Origin: Christensenellaceae bacterium
GTDB lineage: Bacteria; Bacillota; Clostridia; Christensenellales; CAG-138
Length of the DNA: 64,000 nucleotides
Direction of reading: 5' to 3'
Assembly (NCBI GenBank): GCA_022510765.1
Contig: JAFLSU010000004.1
Coordinates: forward strand, 3,608 to 67,607
Shown here: in pieces, positions 45,646 through 54,766 of the stretch
Layout: every line of letters begins with the position of its first letter
Numbering within the stretch: the first letter of the stretch is position 1
The notes under the pieces: generated by a model
Seen by the model: only the letters and a program-made list of their open reading frames with translations
The model's database searches: none
Told to the model about the DNA's origin: nothing
Position numbers and translations under genes: made by a program

Positions 45646-46863
45646 TCAGGATACGGTGTGTTCGATACGAACAAGCCAGAGGTCATTGAGTATTGCGGCG
45701 GTGTAGGCGGCAACCTTAGCACCAACGGTTGCCCTCTGATCGAGAGGATCGGCGGTGCCGCTGCTGCCGTGGGGCTTTACGATGAGCTGAACCGCTCCCT
45801 TGCCTTCCACGTCGATTACACCATAGGCATCCTTTCCGAACACCAGCGTGGCGTGAACGGGCTGGCTCCTATCCGTTCCGAAATCATTGCTCTTAGACGA
45901 TGCGTCATCGCTCCAAACCACGGCGTCCGCGCTAAGCGTGGCTGCTTCCGCGAGCCTTACGGTCTTGGTAGCCGGATCATAGGAGTTTTCGGCAGCGAGA
46001 GTGTACTCCTTGTCGCCGATCATTATCTTATTTCCGCCCTGGGAAAGGTACTCTATCTCCTCCTCGCTCGGTTCGTCCTTGAGTACGAACTCCTTACTGG
46101 AAGTGGTGGCTGCGCTAACGTGGTTGAGCAGGGTCTGGGTGTAGATCTTCGCTTCGGTGCTTTCGACGAATACGACACCGAACAGCCTTCCGATCTCGCC
46201 GCTGTAGATAGCTTCAGAATTGCTGTAGGTGGAAACGTTTCTCCACATCTCATCGTTCTGAAGGTCATAGGTGGACTCGGGGGAGCAGATGCAGATGAAA
46301 TGCGGCTGACGACCGTCCTCGCAGAAGGGGCGAGCCTTGTTTTTCTTGAGGGTGCGAACCGCCTTTCTAATCTCCTGAGTGGTGAGTTTATCGCTCGAGG
46401 TGAGCAGGTTGCGCGCGGTCTTTCCGCCTGCATACTGAACATTGCTGCCGCTGCACATGGCATCGCGGGTCACCCATTCGATGACGGTGCCGAGCTGTTC
46501 GCCGAGAAGTTCCGCAGAATCGTTGATGACCGAATCATAAGCGGTGAGATCGAGCAGATCCGTGACCTCGACATATGCGCCGTACTGCTTTACCATGGCT
46601 TCGACATCGGTCTGGGTGAGAGTCTGACCATTGGGCGTTATGCCTTCAACGAGGCCGCGCACTGCGTTTGAGGGATTGAACAGGTTCCATCTGCGGAAAT
46701 TGACGTACTTGCCGCTGTTGCGGGGGATGGGGCGCTTCTGGCCGAATTCGGCATGAACAAAGCGCGTCTTTGCGCTTTCAAGGAGCTGCCTGTCGTAGTA
46801 CTTGCTGGGAAATCTCGCGTTGGTTGCTGCGTTGAGAGTGGTATTAATAATAGTGTTTGCCAT
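45646..46863 (-). CDS. Phage major capsid protein (HK97 fold, N4-gp56/TIGR04387-like)
   Basis: AAAGGAAAAACA-ATG. Sequence character (IPRNSGKYVNFRRW..LVEGITPNG..QYGAYVEVTDLL..GEIGRLFGVVFVES..ILNDLWLVRIEH) matches this capsid family as I recall it. Confidence 0.8.
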   Translation of the reverse strand: MANTIINTTLNAATNARFPSKYYDRQLLESAKTRFVHAEFGQKRPIPRNSGKYVNFRRWNLFNPSNAVRGLVEGITPNGQTLTQTDVEAMVKQYGAYVEVTDLLDLTAYDSVINDSAELLGEQLGTVIEWVTRDAMCSGSNVQYAGGKTARNLLTSSDKLTTQEIRKAVRTLKKNKARPFCEDGRQPHFICICSPESTYDLQNDEMWRNVSTYSNSEAIYSGEIGRLFGVVFVESTEAKIYTQTLLNHVSAATTSSKEFVLKDEPSEEEIEYLSQGGNKIMIGDKEYTLAAENSYDPATKTVRLAEAATLSADAVVWSDDASSKSNDFGTDRSQPVHATLVFGKDAYGVIDVEGKGAVQLIVKPHGSSGTADPLDQRATVGAKVAAYTAAILNDLWLVRIEHTVS

Positions 46864-46991
46864 TGTTTTTCCTTTCTTAACTGAGGTGATGTTATGTCCG
46901 TCAAAAGCGTGGATCTATTGGACGAGCATTTTGGTTTCGCTCATTTAAACGATGTCCGCATCAACAGGTGCGATGAGCGGTTGTATTATTG

Positions 46992-47402
46992 TCATAGCCT
47001 TACTCTGCGTCCGTCCGAAGCGGCTCGCTGGAGCTGTTTTTTGAGCCTGCGGAACTGTTCCGCGCTCATGCTTTCGTAGTCGGCGGCAGGCGCTTCACCA
47101 ATGTTCCCTCTGATAGGGCGGGGAAGCGTGCGTCTAATGTCCTGAGGTGCCTCAGTATCAGCTTCCTGCTCGGTCTGGTCCTGAGCGGGGCTGTTCTCAG
47201 CGTCAACGGGGGAATTCTCCCAATGGAGGAGAATTCGCTCCACGACCTCGCTGCGGTCAATGCCTTCGGGAATGCCGAGTCTTGATAGCATCGCTGCTCC
47301 GAGCCTGTGTTCCGCTGTCTCGTGCGCACCCCCATCGGATGCCAAATTACGTTCATTCTCAAGCCTGTCAATTAGCTCGGTTATCGATTTTCGTGTTTTC
47401 AT
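46992..47402 (-). CDS. Putative capsid scaffolding protein
   Basis: 136 aa, acidic and disordered, with a basic helical C-terminus (SAEQFRRLKKQLQRAASDGRRVRL). Immediately upstream of the capsid gene. Confidence 0.45.
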   Translation of the reverse strand: MKTRKSITELIDRLENERNLASDGGAHETAEHRLGAAMLSRLGIPEGIDRSEVVERILLHWENSPVDAENSPAQDQTEQEADTEAPQDIRRTLPRPIRGNIGEAPAADYESMSAEQFRRLKKQLQRAASDGRRVRL

Positions 47403-47623
47403 CGTCTTTGATTGTCCGGAAATCCCGGTATCCTTTCTCCCCGAAACTCGCTCCGCCGTTCGGGGCCGGCGCCTTCCCTCTTAAGCTCCCCAAAAATGAA
47501 TTGAGCGTTCAGCGGGGCCGCCCGTCAAACGCTCTATCATCAGCCTATTTTAGGAAGGAGAGACATGCCCGTTTAAGCGGGTAGACGGAAAGAGCGGTGG
47601 CCAACGCAATCTCCATCGTTAAT

Positions 47624-47652
47624 ATTATAGCATATTTAAGCCGAATAATCAA
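47624..47652 (-). promoter_or_regulatory. Candidate extended -10 promoter of the scaffold/capsid operon
   Basis: Minus strand TTGATT-17 nt-(TGc)TATAAT, about 215 nt upstream of the scaffold-like ATG. Confidence 0.55.
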
Positions 47653-47855
47653 CTGTTAAGAGAATAATAATAAATATATTCCATTGAAAAGAGAATAAGG
47701 AACGCCCATATATGTGCATTTACTGTGCCTTTATGTTGTGCATACAAACAGACTATAGACATAAAACGCTCCCTACACCATTAGTCAGGTGTTCGTAAAA
47801 CAGGTTTAGACCGAAATTACGAAAAAAGTATCTATCAGATGGAATTGGAAAACGA

Positions 47856-47900
47856 AAAGACACCATATTTAGCTTTTTGACTGGCTATGGTATCTTTTTT
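47856..47900 (+). terminator. Terminator-like hairpin 108 nt upstream of the ABC exporter pair
   Basis: AAAAGACACCATA / TATGGTATCTTTT (one mismatch, 18-nt loop), ending in six Ts. Confidence 0.4.
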
Positions 47901-48013
47901 GATTCTCGCTTTTTCTTGTATACATTATAGCAGAAATTCCATAAAAAAACAAGACTGGTAATTTGACTGCCTTAGGCTATAATGTACCTACTGAAAAGAA
48001 AGGGAGAAATACA

Positions 48014-49762
48014 ATGAAAATGAAGGCATATATCAGCCGATACTACACTACACGAGAATGGATACCATATCTAACTATTGCCGCAGTCATCGGCGCAATC
48101 CCCGCTGTCATGATTAGAATTAGGGGCGGCCTTATCGACTGTGCTGCAAACGGGGTAACTACCGGAGGCTTCAACAGCTTTTTCTGGTTTCTTGCGATAT
48201 TCTGCGTGCTATCGTTTTTGAACACGGTGTGCAGCGCTGTTTTGCTACGCATGGCAGAGAAGCATAAAATATGCCAAGCGGCTAAACTGGACATCATTCG
48301 GCTGGATAAGGCTTCACGGGTTGCTTTTCATATTACGGAAACCCAGCAGTTTCACTCACTATGGCAGAAGGCCTCCAAAGCATCGGAATTGGATGGACAA
48401 CTCTATCAGGCGCTTGGGGATATCGTTAATCTTTCCGTCAAACTGGCGGCATCACTTTTCGTATTATGGTTAATGGATCAATGGACGGCCATTGGAATAG
48501 CCATCCTTCTGATTGTTGGTATTCTTCTGAACAGGAAGTTAGCACAGAAAACAGAAGGCTTTTGGGTCAAATACATCGAAAATATGCGCCGCACCGATTA
48601 CTTTTCATCACTATTGTTGCAACGCGAATTTGCGGCGGAGAGAAAAATTTTTTCTTTTGATGATGAAATTGACCACCGCTACACGGATTCATTTACTAAA
48701 GCCAAGCGTGAGAACACCCGCTTAGGACGTGGACGCTTTCAGATCGAGACCGTTATGCAGCTTTTGTTCGCGTGCTACAGCGTTATCGTCGTGTTATTAC
48801 TTCTGAGACCTCTAATGTCTGGGAGAATCACCATCGGCTTGTTCACCTCTGCCTTTTATGCTGCGGCAGGACTTCAACAGAGCTGCAAGCAGATGTATGC
48901 CAGTGTCTTTGATTTGGTGGGAAGCATGAAGCAGATGAGCAGCTTTTTCTCTTTTCTGGAACTTGACGAAGATGAAAAGGCAGAGACGATCCAGATGGAT
49001 GATTCGATAAGGAACATAGTGTTTCATGATGTAACCTTCACTTATCCAGGGACGGACAAGCCGATCCTGAAACATGTCAGCTTTCAATTGGAACCGGGCA
49101 AGCACTATGCGCTGGTGGGGGAAAACGGCTGCGGTAAATCAACCTTGGTGAAGCTTCTGGTGGGACTGTATACGCCAGACAGCGGCGCGGTCCTAATTAA
49201 CGGAATGCCAGTTCATACACTTTCCTTGGCCCAGCGCAGACGCCTCTATTCTGTCGTGTTTCAGGACTACTATCGCTATCCGATAACGGTCCGTGAAAAC
49301 GTCTCGCTATGCGCAGACGCATCTTTGAACAACGGCACACTCGACGCGGTATTTGATCAGTTGGATTTCCGACCTATGGCCGTGAATAAGGAAACAGGAT
49401 ACGACAGTGACCTAATGCCCCTGCATAAGACCGGAGCAGGACTATCAGGTGGAGAATGGCAAAAAATGGCTGTTGCCCGATGCGTCCTCTCGCCCGCGCC
49501 TGTGGCTATCCTTGACGAACCCAATGCCGCCCTTGACCCAGTTGCTGAGGCTGCCATTTATAAAGCATACCATCATTTGCTTTCCAAAAGGACAACGCTG
49601 TTCATCTCCCACCGTTTGGGCTCCGTGCGGATGGCGGATGAAATCCTGGTGCTCAAGGATGGAGCGTTAATCGCAAAGGCTCCTCATGAGGAACTCATGA
49701 GAGAATGCGGCTATTATGCGGAGCTTTTCAATACGCAGAAAGGATTGTATGATGAGCAATAA
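48014..49762 (+). CDS. ABC exporter, fused permease/ATPase (half transporter 1)
   Basis: ATG at 48014 after AAGGGAG. Six TM. Walker A GENGCGKST, signature LSGGEWQK and Walker B ILDEP. Confidence 0.9.
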   Translation: MKMKAYISRYYTTREWIPYLTIAAVIGAIPAVMIRIRGGLIDCAANGVTTGGFNSFFWFLAIFCVLSFLNTVCSAVLLRMAEKHKICQAAKLDIIRLDKASRVAFHITETQQFHSLWQKASKASELDGQLYQALGDIVNLSVKLAASLFVLWLMDQWTAIGIAILLIVGILLNRKLAQKTEGFWVKYIENMRRTDYFSSLLLQREFAAERKIFSFDDEIDHRYTDSFTKAKRENTRLGRGRFQIETVMQLLFACYSVIVVLLLLRPLMSGRITIGLFTSAFYAAAGLQQSCKQMYASVFDLVGSMKQMSSFFSFLELDEDEKAETIQMDDSIRNIVFHDVTFTYPGTDKPILKHVSFQLEPGKHYALVGENGCGKSTLVKLLVGLYTPDSGAVLINGMPVHTLSLAQRRRLYSVVFQDYYRYPITVRENVSLCADASLNNGTLDAVFDQLDFRPMAVNKETGYDSDLMPLHKTGAGLSGGEWQKMAVARCVLSPAPVAILDEPNAALDPVAEAAIYKAYHHLLSKRTTLFISHRLGSVRMADEILVLKDGALIAKAPHEELMRECGYYAELFNTQKGLYDEQ

Positions 49763-51488
49763 GCAAGTCAACTCGGTCAAGGCGCTTCTCTATATCTTCA
49801 AAGCCGCTCCCGGGAGCTTTGCTCTGATGGCTCTTATGGGGTTGCTCAACGGCGCGTTTTCGATTGTAAGCGTTTGGGCAACCGAGCGCATTTTCTCACA
49901 TATTCAGGCCGGATATTCTTCTGGGCTTTTTAGCGCACTCGCCGTATACGCAGCCGTTTTTGTCCTATCGGCCGGGTATTCAGTATGGTACATCAGATAT
50001 CATGTTCAATTCTACGCCATTATGGATTTTGAGGGGAAGATCCGACGGATGCTTCATGGTAAAAGCCGACGGATATCCAATGAAGAGTTAGAAACTCCGA
50101 ACGCCTATGCCTTTATCCGACAGGCAGACGGTTCCAGACAACACCTATTCCGTTATGGGCAGATCTATGTCGAAGCGGCCATGGCCCTGGTTCAGGCAGT
50201 TATGATCGCGTCTTACGTGTCGTTGTTCCATATCTGGTTTGTCGCTTTTCTCCCTCTGTCCATTGTTCCTTCGCTTCTCAAGCTGCTGTACAATTCACTG
50301 CTGTGGAAGCGCAGCTATGAGACCGTGACCCAGTGCAAGCGCGAGGAGGCTGAATACGAAAAAGCCATAACTGATGAAATCGCGTGTAAGGAGACCAGAC
50401 TGACTGGCGCTGCTACTCTGCTCTCTGAAAAGTGGCGAATCAGCAGAGAAAAACGGGATGCAATTGAGAACAGGAAATTAAAAAGAATGTTCGCGCTCCG
50501 GCTTGGATTGAGCGCTATTGAATGTATAGGAAGTATTGGAGGATTTGTCGTTTCCGTTTTTCTGCTCTTTACAGGCAAAGTCGATTTAGCGTCTTTCACT
50601 GCTGGCGTAGCCGCATATTCCTCTTTGACGACAATTTTGAGCGGATTTGCAAGTACAGTTGGCAATGAGACCCAATACCGCCGCATGATCCAGCCCTTTT
50701 TTCGATATTGGAATATGCCGGAGAGAGGTGGGCATGTGGAAAATTGCTCCTTTGAGCAATCTGTAACGCTTTCAGATGTGTGCTTTGCTTATCCAAATCA
50801 GACCGGTAACGCGCTTAATGGGATCAATTTGACATTGAATAAAGGGGAAACTGTTGCGATTGTCGGCGAAAACGGAGCCGGAAAGTCCACATTAGTCAGC
50901 GTGATTTTAGGATTGTATCGTCCTCAGTCCGGAAGGGTATGTTATGATGGCATTGATATCTCCACTGTGAACGAATCCGTTCTGCATCGTAGACAGTCTG
51001 CCGTGCCGCAAAACTTCTGCCGGTACAAAATGACGGTGGGTGATAATATCGTACTGGGTGACTTTACAAAATCGGACGAGGTGGATGTTGTTAAGAGAAT
51101 CTCCAGCATCTTCCCTGATGGCGGCGTTACGCGCGATACTCTTTTGGGCAAAGAGTTCGGAGGAAGAGAGTTGTCCGGAGGACAGTGGCAACAACTCTCT
51201 TGCGCCAGAGGTTTCTATAAAGATAATGATTTTGTAGTTTTGGACGAGCCCACCTGCGCCATTGACCCTCTACGGGAGAAAGCAATCTACGATCAGTTTA
51301 GAGAAGAATTGCTTGGTAAAACCGGCATAATTGTGACACACCGTTTGGGCGCTGTACAACTCGCAGACCGTATCATAGTCCTCCAACATGGGCAAATTGT
51401 CGAGAGCGGCACCCACAAGCAGCTTTTGGATGCGAAAGGACTTTACGCGACCTTTTGGTCAGCTCAGGTGGAGGCATATAATGAGTAA
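49749..51488 (+). CDS. ABC exporter, fused permease/ATPase (half transporter 2)
   Basis: ATG at 49749 overlaps the upstream stop by 14 nt. Walker A GENGAGKST, signature LSGGQWQQ and Walker B VLDEP. Confidence 0.9.
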   Translation: MMSNKQVNSVKALLYIFKAAPGSFALMALMGLLNGAFSIVSVWATERIFSHIQAGYSSGLFSALAVYAAVFVLSAGYSVWYIRYHVQFYAIMDFEGKIRRMLHGKSRRISNEELETPNAYAFIRQADGSRQHLFRYGQIYVEAAMALVQAVMIASYVSLFHIWFVAFLPLSIVPSLLKLLYNSLLWKRSYETVTQCKREEAEYEKAITDEIACKETRLTGAATLLSEKWRISREKRDAIENRKLKRMFALRLGLSAIECIGSIGGFVVSVFLLFTGKVDLASFTAGVAAYSSLTTILSGFASTVGNETQYRRMIQPFFRYWNMPERGGHVENCSFEQSVTLSDVCFAYPNQTGNALNGINLTLNKGETVAIVGENGAGKSTLVSVILGLYRPQSGRVCYDGIDISTVNESVLHRRQSAVPQNFCRYKMTVGDNIVLGDFTKSDEVDVVKRISSIFPDGGVTRDTLLGKEFGGRELSGGQWQQLSCARGFYKDNDFVVLDEPTCAIDPLREKAIYDQFREELLGKTGIIVTHRLGAVQLADRIIVLQHGQIVESGTHKQLLDAKGLYATFWSAQVEAYNE

Positions 51489-51868
51489 GGCCATTTATAA
51501 ATAATATCCATTGGTTACAATGGAGCACTTCTATATGTGACCCCGCGCCATGTGTGTACATCAGCCCTGCCACCCGAATGGTAGGGCTGTTTGCTTCACT
51601 TTGCGACCTACAAGGGTCTGCCCCCAGCGCCTCATCTCCCGATAAAACAAGTTTTGCGGCTCCACTTGAAGTCATTACAACGCAACTAAAAAATAAGAAA
51701 CGGCATGAACATAAAGTCATACCGTTCTCATAAAATTAGATTACATTCTTATGTCACCCTGGCATTTCGGGGGAGCGTATATAGTTAAGAGGCTTAACTT
51801 CAATATTTATACATTGCTTGTCAGTATTACGATACTTTGCCGAACAAGACTACACCGCCCAAAGTAGC

Positions 51869-53050
51869 TCACCTCAGCCATGCCAGCTCTCGGAGCGTTG
51901 CGGCGGAATCGATGCCATAGACAACCAGCATATCGGTTATTCCGAGCCTCTCGACCGTTTCGCTTGGCAGCTCCATGCTGCTGCTGAAATAGCGGACATC
52001 AAGCATGATGATCTCATGGTAGTGCGAGGTGAGAAACGGAACTATCGCGTTGCCGTAGCTGTCCTTGAGTACGAGAAGAACGCCACTCTCGACATTCGGG
52101 TTCACGATGGAGGTGTAACCATGATTGCTGTAGAGATACGCCGCGTATTTATCAACGACGCCGTCCTCAAGGCAGGCATGATCGATCGTACCGCTGTGGA
52201 CAGTCACGATGCTGCCATCGATGGTCGTGACCTCGATGGCGGGGTCCTGCGGGAGCAGCCAGGTTTCAAGCGCATCGGGCTTTGTAAGATACAGTCCGCT
52301 TCCGCCGTAGGATGTGCCGTAAAAATCGTATGAGGTCTTGGTAAATTCACTCTCCGAAACGGGGGTGAAGCCAAGGGTCTCAGCAATTTTGGTGTAGAGC
52401 AAGTACGAACCCCTCATCGTAAGATGATGATCCGTGCGATAGTAAAGCGATCCTACATCGTCCTGTGCCTTGAAGAACGCTTCGACGTCGATAGGTGTCG
52501 AATGCGCTCCGCAGCCACCTTCAAACAGATCGATTATCTCATCATCCCTATACTCAAGATGCAGCGCGGGCAGCTCGTCTTTAAGCATGTAGCCCGAGGA
52601 TGGTATGATGGCGGTGTACGCATTGAGACCGTTTGCCAAGATGAATTCCGAAACCATGCTGCCATTGTCCGCAACGGTTGCTTCATCGATCTCGACAGGT
52701 GCGGGAAAGAGCCTGTCATTCTTTCCAAGGATGATGCTTTCGACAGCGTTGCGTCCCGTGAGCCGATTGATGTATGAGTAAACGGAAACGAAAAAAGTCC
52801 TTGCCGGAAAATGATCCTCAAGCCAAGCATCGACTTCCTCGGAAAAGCCTCCGCCCAAGATATTATCAACGCTTGCGTGCGGCGCGGTGACGAGCACACG
52901 CCGTTCGTTCGGACTAAGCTCGCCTTCGTGCTTCGGAAGAAGGCATATCAGCACGAAAAACACCGAAAGGAACGCGACGAATACCGCCACTAAAATATTA
53001 TTTGTCATCCTTGAGGGCCTGACGGTTATCTTTTTTTTCGGTCTTCCCAT
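51869..53050 (-). CDS. DHHW-family (AlgX/AlgJ-like) protein, putative O-acyltransferase accessory protein
   Basis: N-terminal TM anchor. YYRTDHHLT motif (a variant of DHHW). Confidence 0.7.
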   Translation of the reverse strand: MGRPKKKITVRPSRMTNNILVAVFVAFLSVFFVLICLLPKHEGELSPNERRVLVTAPHASVDNILGGGFSEEVDAWLEDHFPARTFFVSVYSYINRLTGRNAVESIILGKNDRLFPAPVEIDEATVADNGSMVSEFILANGLNAYTAIIPSSGYMLKDELPALHLEYRDDEIIDLFEGGCGAHSTPIDVEAFFKAQDDVGSLYYRTDHHLTMRGSYLLYTKIAETLGFTPVSESEFTKTSYDFYGTSYGGSGLYLTKPDALETWLLPQDPAIEVTTIDGSIVTVHSGTIDHACLEDGVVDKYAAYLYSNHGYTSIVNPNVESGVLLVLKDSYGNAIVPFLTSHYHEIIMLDVRYFSSSMELPSETVERLGITDMLVVYGIDSAATLRELAWLR

Positions 53051-53052
53051 CC

Positions 53053-53571
53053 TTATTTTGATGCTTCGCTAACGATGCCGTCAAGAACCTTCTTTGCCGA
53101 GGTGTTGTCAGAGCAGATGATGAGGAATACATAACGGCCGACGACCCTGTTGATGCAGCCATTGATCTTTAACATATCCTCCTGACCGTAGCGGATGGAA
53201 TCTTCCTTATAAGACTTTATGGTTGCTTCAATTGCGCCGCTGCTTATAGTCTTGGCATCCGCTGCGCTGTTTGCTTCGATAACGAGTATGGTTTCGGGAT
53301 TATCGGCTCGAACACAAGCAAATACTTGATGTTTTGAATCCCTCTGCATGACGAGCGCGCTGTCAATGCCAAACAGCCTGAGCGCATGTTCGCCATCGAT
53401 AACATCCGGCTTAATTACGGTCACGCCGTCCTCGTGGGTCTCAAACGTACAGTTCTCAAGCAGTGTGTTTCCTGCTTCGAATACGTCAAGCTCTACCTCA
53501 TTCTGCTTGCAGCCGCAGATGGAGGCCGCAAGGGTGATGATAGAAAGCGCAAATGCAATAAATTTTTTCAT
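53053..53571 (-). CDS. Lipoprotein, DUF4358-like
   Basis: GGAGGA SD. Lipobox AASICGC. The size and context (next to a DHHW protein) are typical of DUF4358. Not verified. Confidence 0.55.
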   Translation of the reverse strand: MKKFIAFALSIITLAASICGCKQNEVELDVFEAGNTLLENCTFETHEDGVTVIKPDVIDGEHALRLFGIDSALVMQRDSKHQVFACVRADNPETILVIEANSAADAKTISSGAIEATIKSYKEDSIRYGQEDMLKINGCINRVVGRYVFLIICSDNTSAKKVLDGIVSEASK

Positions 53572-53641
53572 TGGTTGATTCCTCCGATTGATGCTCTTAT
53601 TATTCTTTATATAACTCGGGCAAATAATGCACGAGCATTTG

Positions 53642-54448
53642 CTATCTCAGAACGGACATGACCGTGAGACAAATATGATCCGCCCAAAGCTTTGAGTACT
53701 GAAGGTTCAGATGGAGACCGTCGCTCGATGCTTCGGGAGGGAGCGCGCCGTTCGATGTCATCAGTGATTCGGGAACCGACACGAAATGACAGCCGCGACG
53801 GGTCGCAAGATCGACAAGCTGTGCGTTGTAGAGCTGAATGTTTTCGTTGGTGACACCGGTCGTACTGGAGCTGCTGACCGATTCGGAGACGGGCGGTATG
53901 CCCATGATGAAGATCTCGCAGCCGGGCTGACGCTGCCATACATCGTCTAGCAAATCTGAGTATTTATTTATGAAGGTATTGAGGTTTGGCCAGCCGAGCT
54001 CGTTTTCGCCAAACATAAGGATGACGGCCTCGTAGTTCCCGGTGTTCAGCTCGTCGATGATGGGTATGCTGCCGGTGCTGGTCGTTTGTTTGTATACGCT
54101 GAGTATATTAAGACCAACGCGGGTAAAAAAGCTGCCCTGCGTGATAACTCCGTACTTATAAAGCCCTTCAAAGGTAGAATTGCCGACAAAAGCGCAGTTG
54201 TTGAATACGGAGTAATCCAGCTGAGGAGCTTGGGTGATCTCCGGAATGTCGGTGGGGTCAACATAAGGGGGCTCGGTCGGCGGCGCAGGGGTAAAGAGCC
54301 CTGGATTGGTTGCGGAAACGACCGTCGGGACTGGCGCGGTAGACGGTGAGTTGATGTCGATTATGACATCGGGTTCAACATTGCAGGCGGTGCATATGCC
54401 AAACGCTGCAATGACAACGGCGCAAAGACCGAAAAGACGTTTATTCAT
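53642..54448 (-). CDS. SGNH/GDSL-family hydrolase lipoprotein
   Basis: Lipobox GICTAC. SGNH blocks FVGNSTF, FGENELG and SSDGLHLN. Confidence 0.75.
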   Translation of the reverse strand: MNKRLFGLCAVVIAAFGICTACNVEPDVIIDINSPSTAPVPTVVSATNPGLFTPAPPTEPPYVDPTDIPEITQAPQLDYSVFNNCAFVGNSTFEGLYKYGVITQGSFFTRVGLNILSVYKQTTSTGSIPIIDELNTGNYEAVILMFGENELGWPNLNTFINKYSDLLDDVWQRQPGCEIFIMGIPPVSESVSSSSTTGVTNENIQLYNAQLVDLATRRGCHFVSVPESLMTSNGALPPEASSDGLHLNLQYSKLWADHICLTVMSVLR

Positions 54449-54573
54449 ATGGCTGTATTATAACCTTTTCATTACATTATTAGCGAAGCACTCTCGAAGG
54501 GAAAGCGGCTTCAAAAAATCGCTCCAAGGAACCGTCCACGGTCTTAGTTGACGGTATGGGAACGAATCGGCTA

Positions 54574-54602
54574 ATTATATCAAAGCCGCTCGTATATTTC
54601 AA
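54574..54602 (-). promoter_or_regulatory. Candidate promoter of the SGNH/DUF4358/DHHW operon
   Basis: Minus strand TTGAAA-17 nt-TATAAT. Confidence 0.5.
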
Positions 54603-54677
54603 GCAAGCGCAACGGCGTACTGCCGTGTTTTAAATTCCAAATGTGGCATTTTTGTAAATATTATAAATATCACAAAA

Positions 54678-54704
54678 CGGACTTCTTTCAATGCAAGAAG
54701 TCCG
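54678..54704 (-). terminator. Intrinsic terminator after the DUF4430 gene
   Basis: CGGACTTCTT / AAGAAGTCCG 10-bp stem. The minus strand is followed by TTTTGTG. Confidence 0.6.
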
Positions 54705-54766
54705 CAAATGACGTTATCCTATGTTTCAATCTGAAATTCAAACGGAAGAGACCGCATATTGACGGA

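Noticed and set aside
38290-47960. I looked for attL/attR direct repeats, an integrase or a tRNA target flanking the phage-like block.
   Set aside because: I saw no matching direct repeats at the two borders by eye, and no integrase or tRNA gene. The borders are a family-B repeat plus terminator on the left and a promoter with an AT-rich spacer on the right.
51373-51720. A 115-aa minus-strand ORF downstream of the ABC pair. The short ORFs at 10843..11188 and 11156..11555 in the LRR leader were considered too.
   Set aside because: None has an SD, a family resemblance or coding-like composition. All overlap gene ends or hairpin-rich non-coding DNA.
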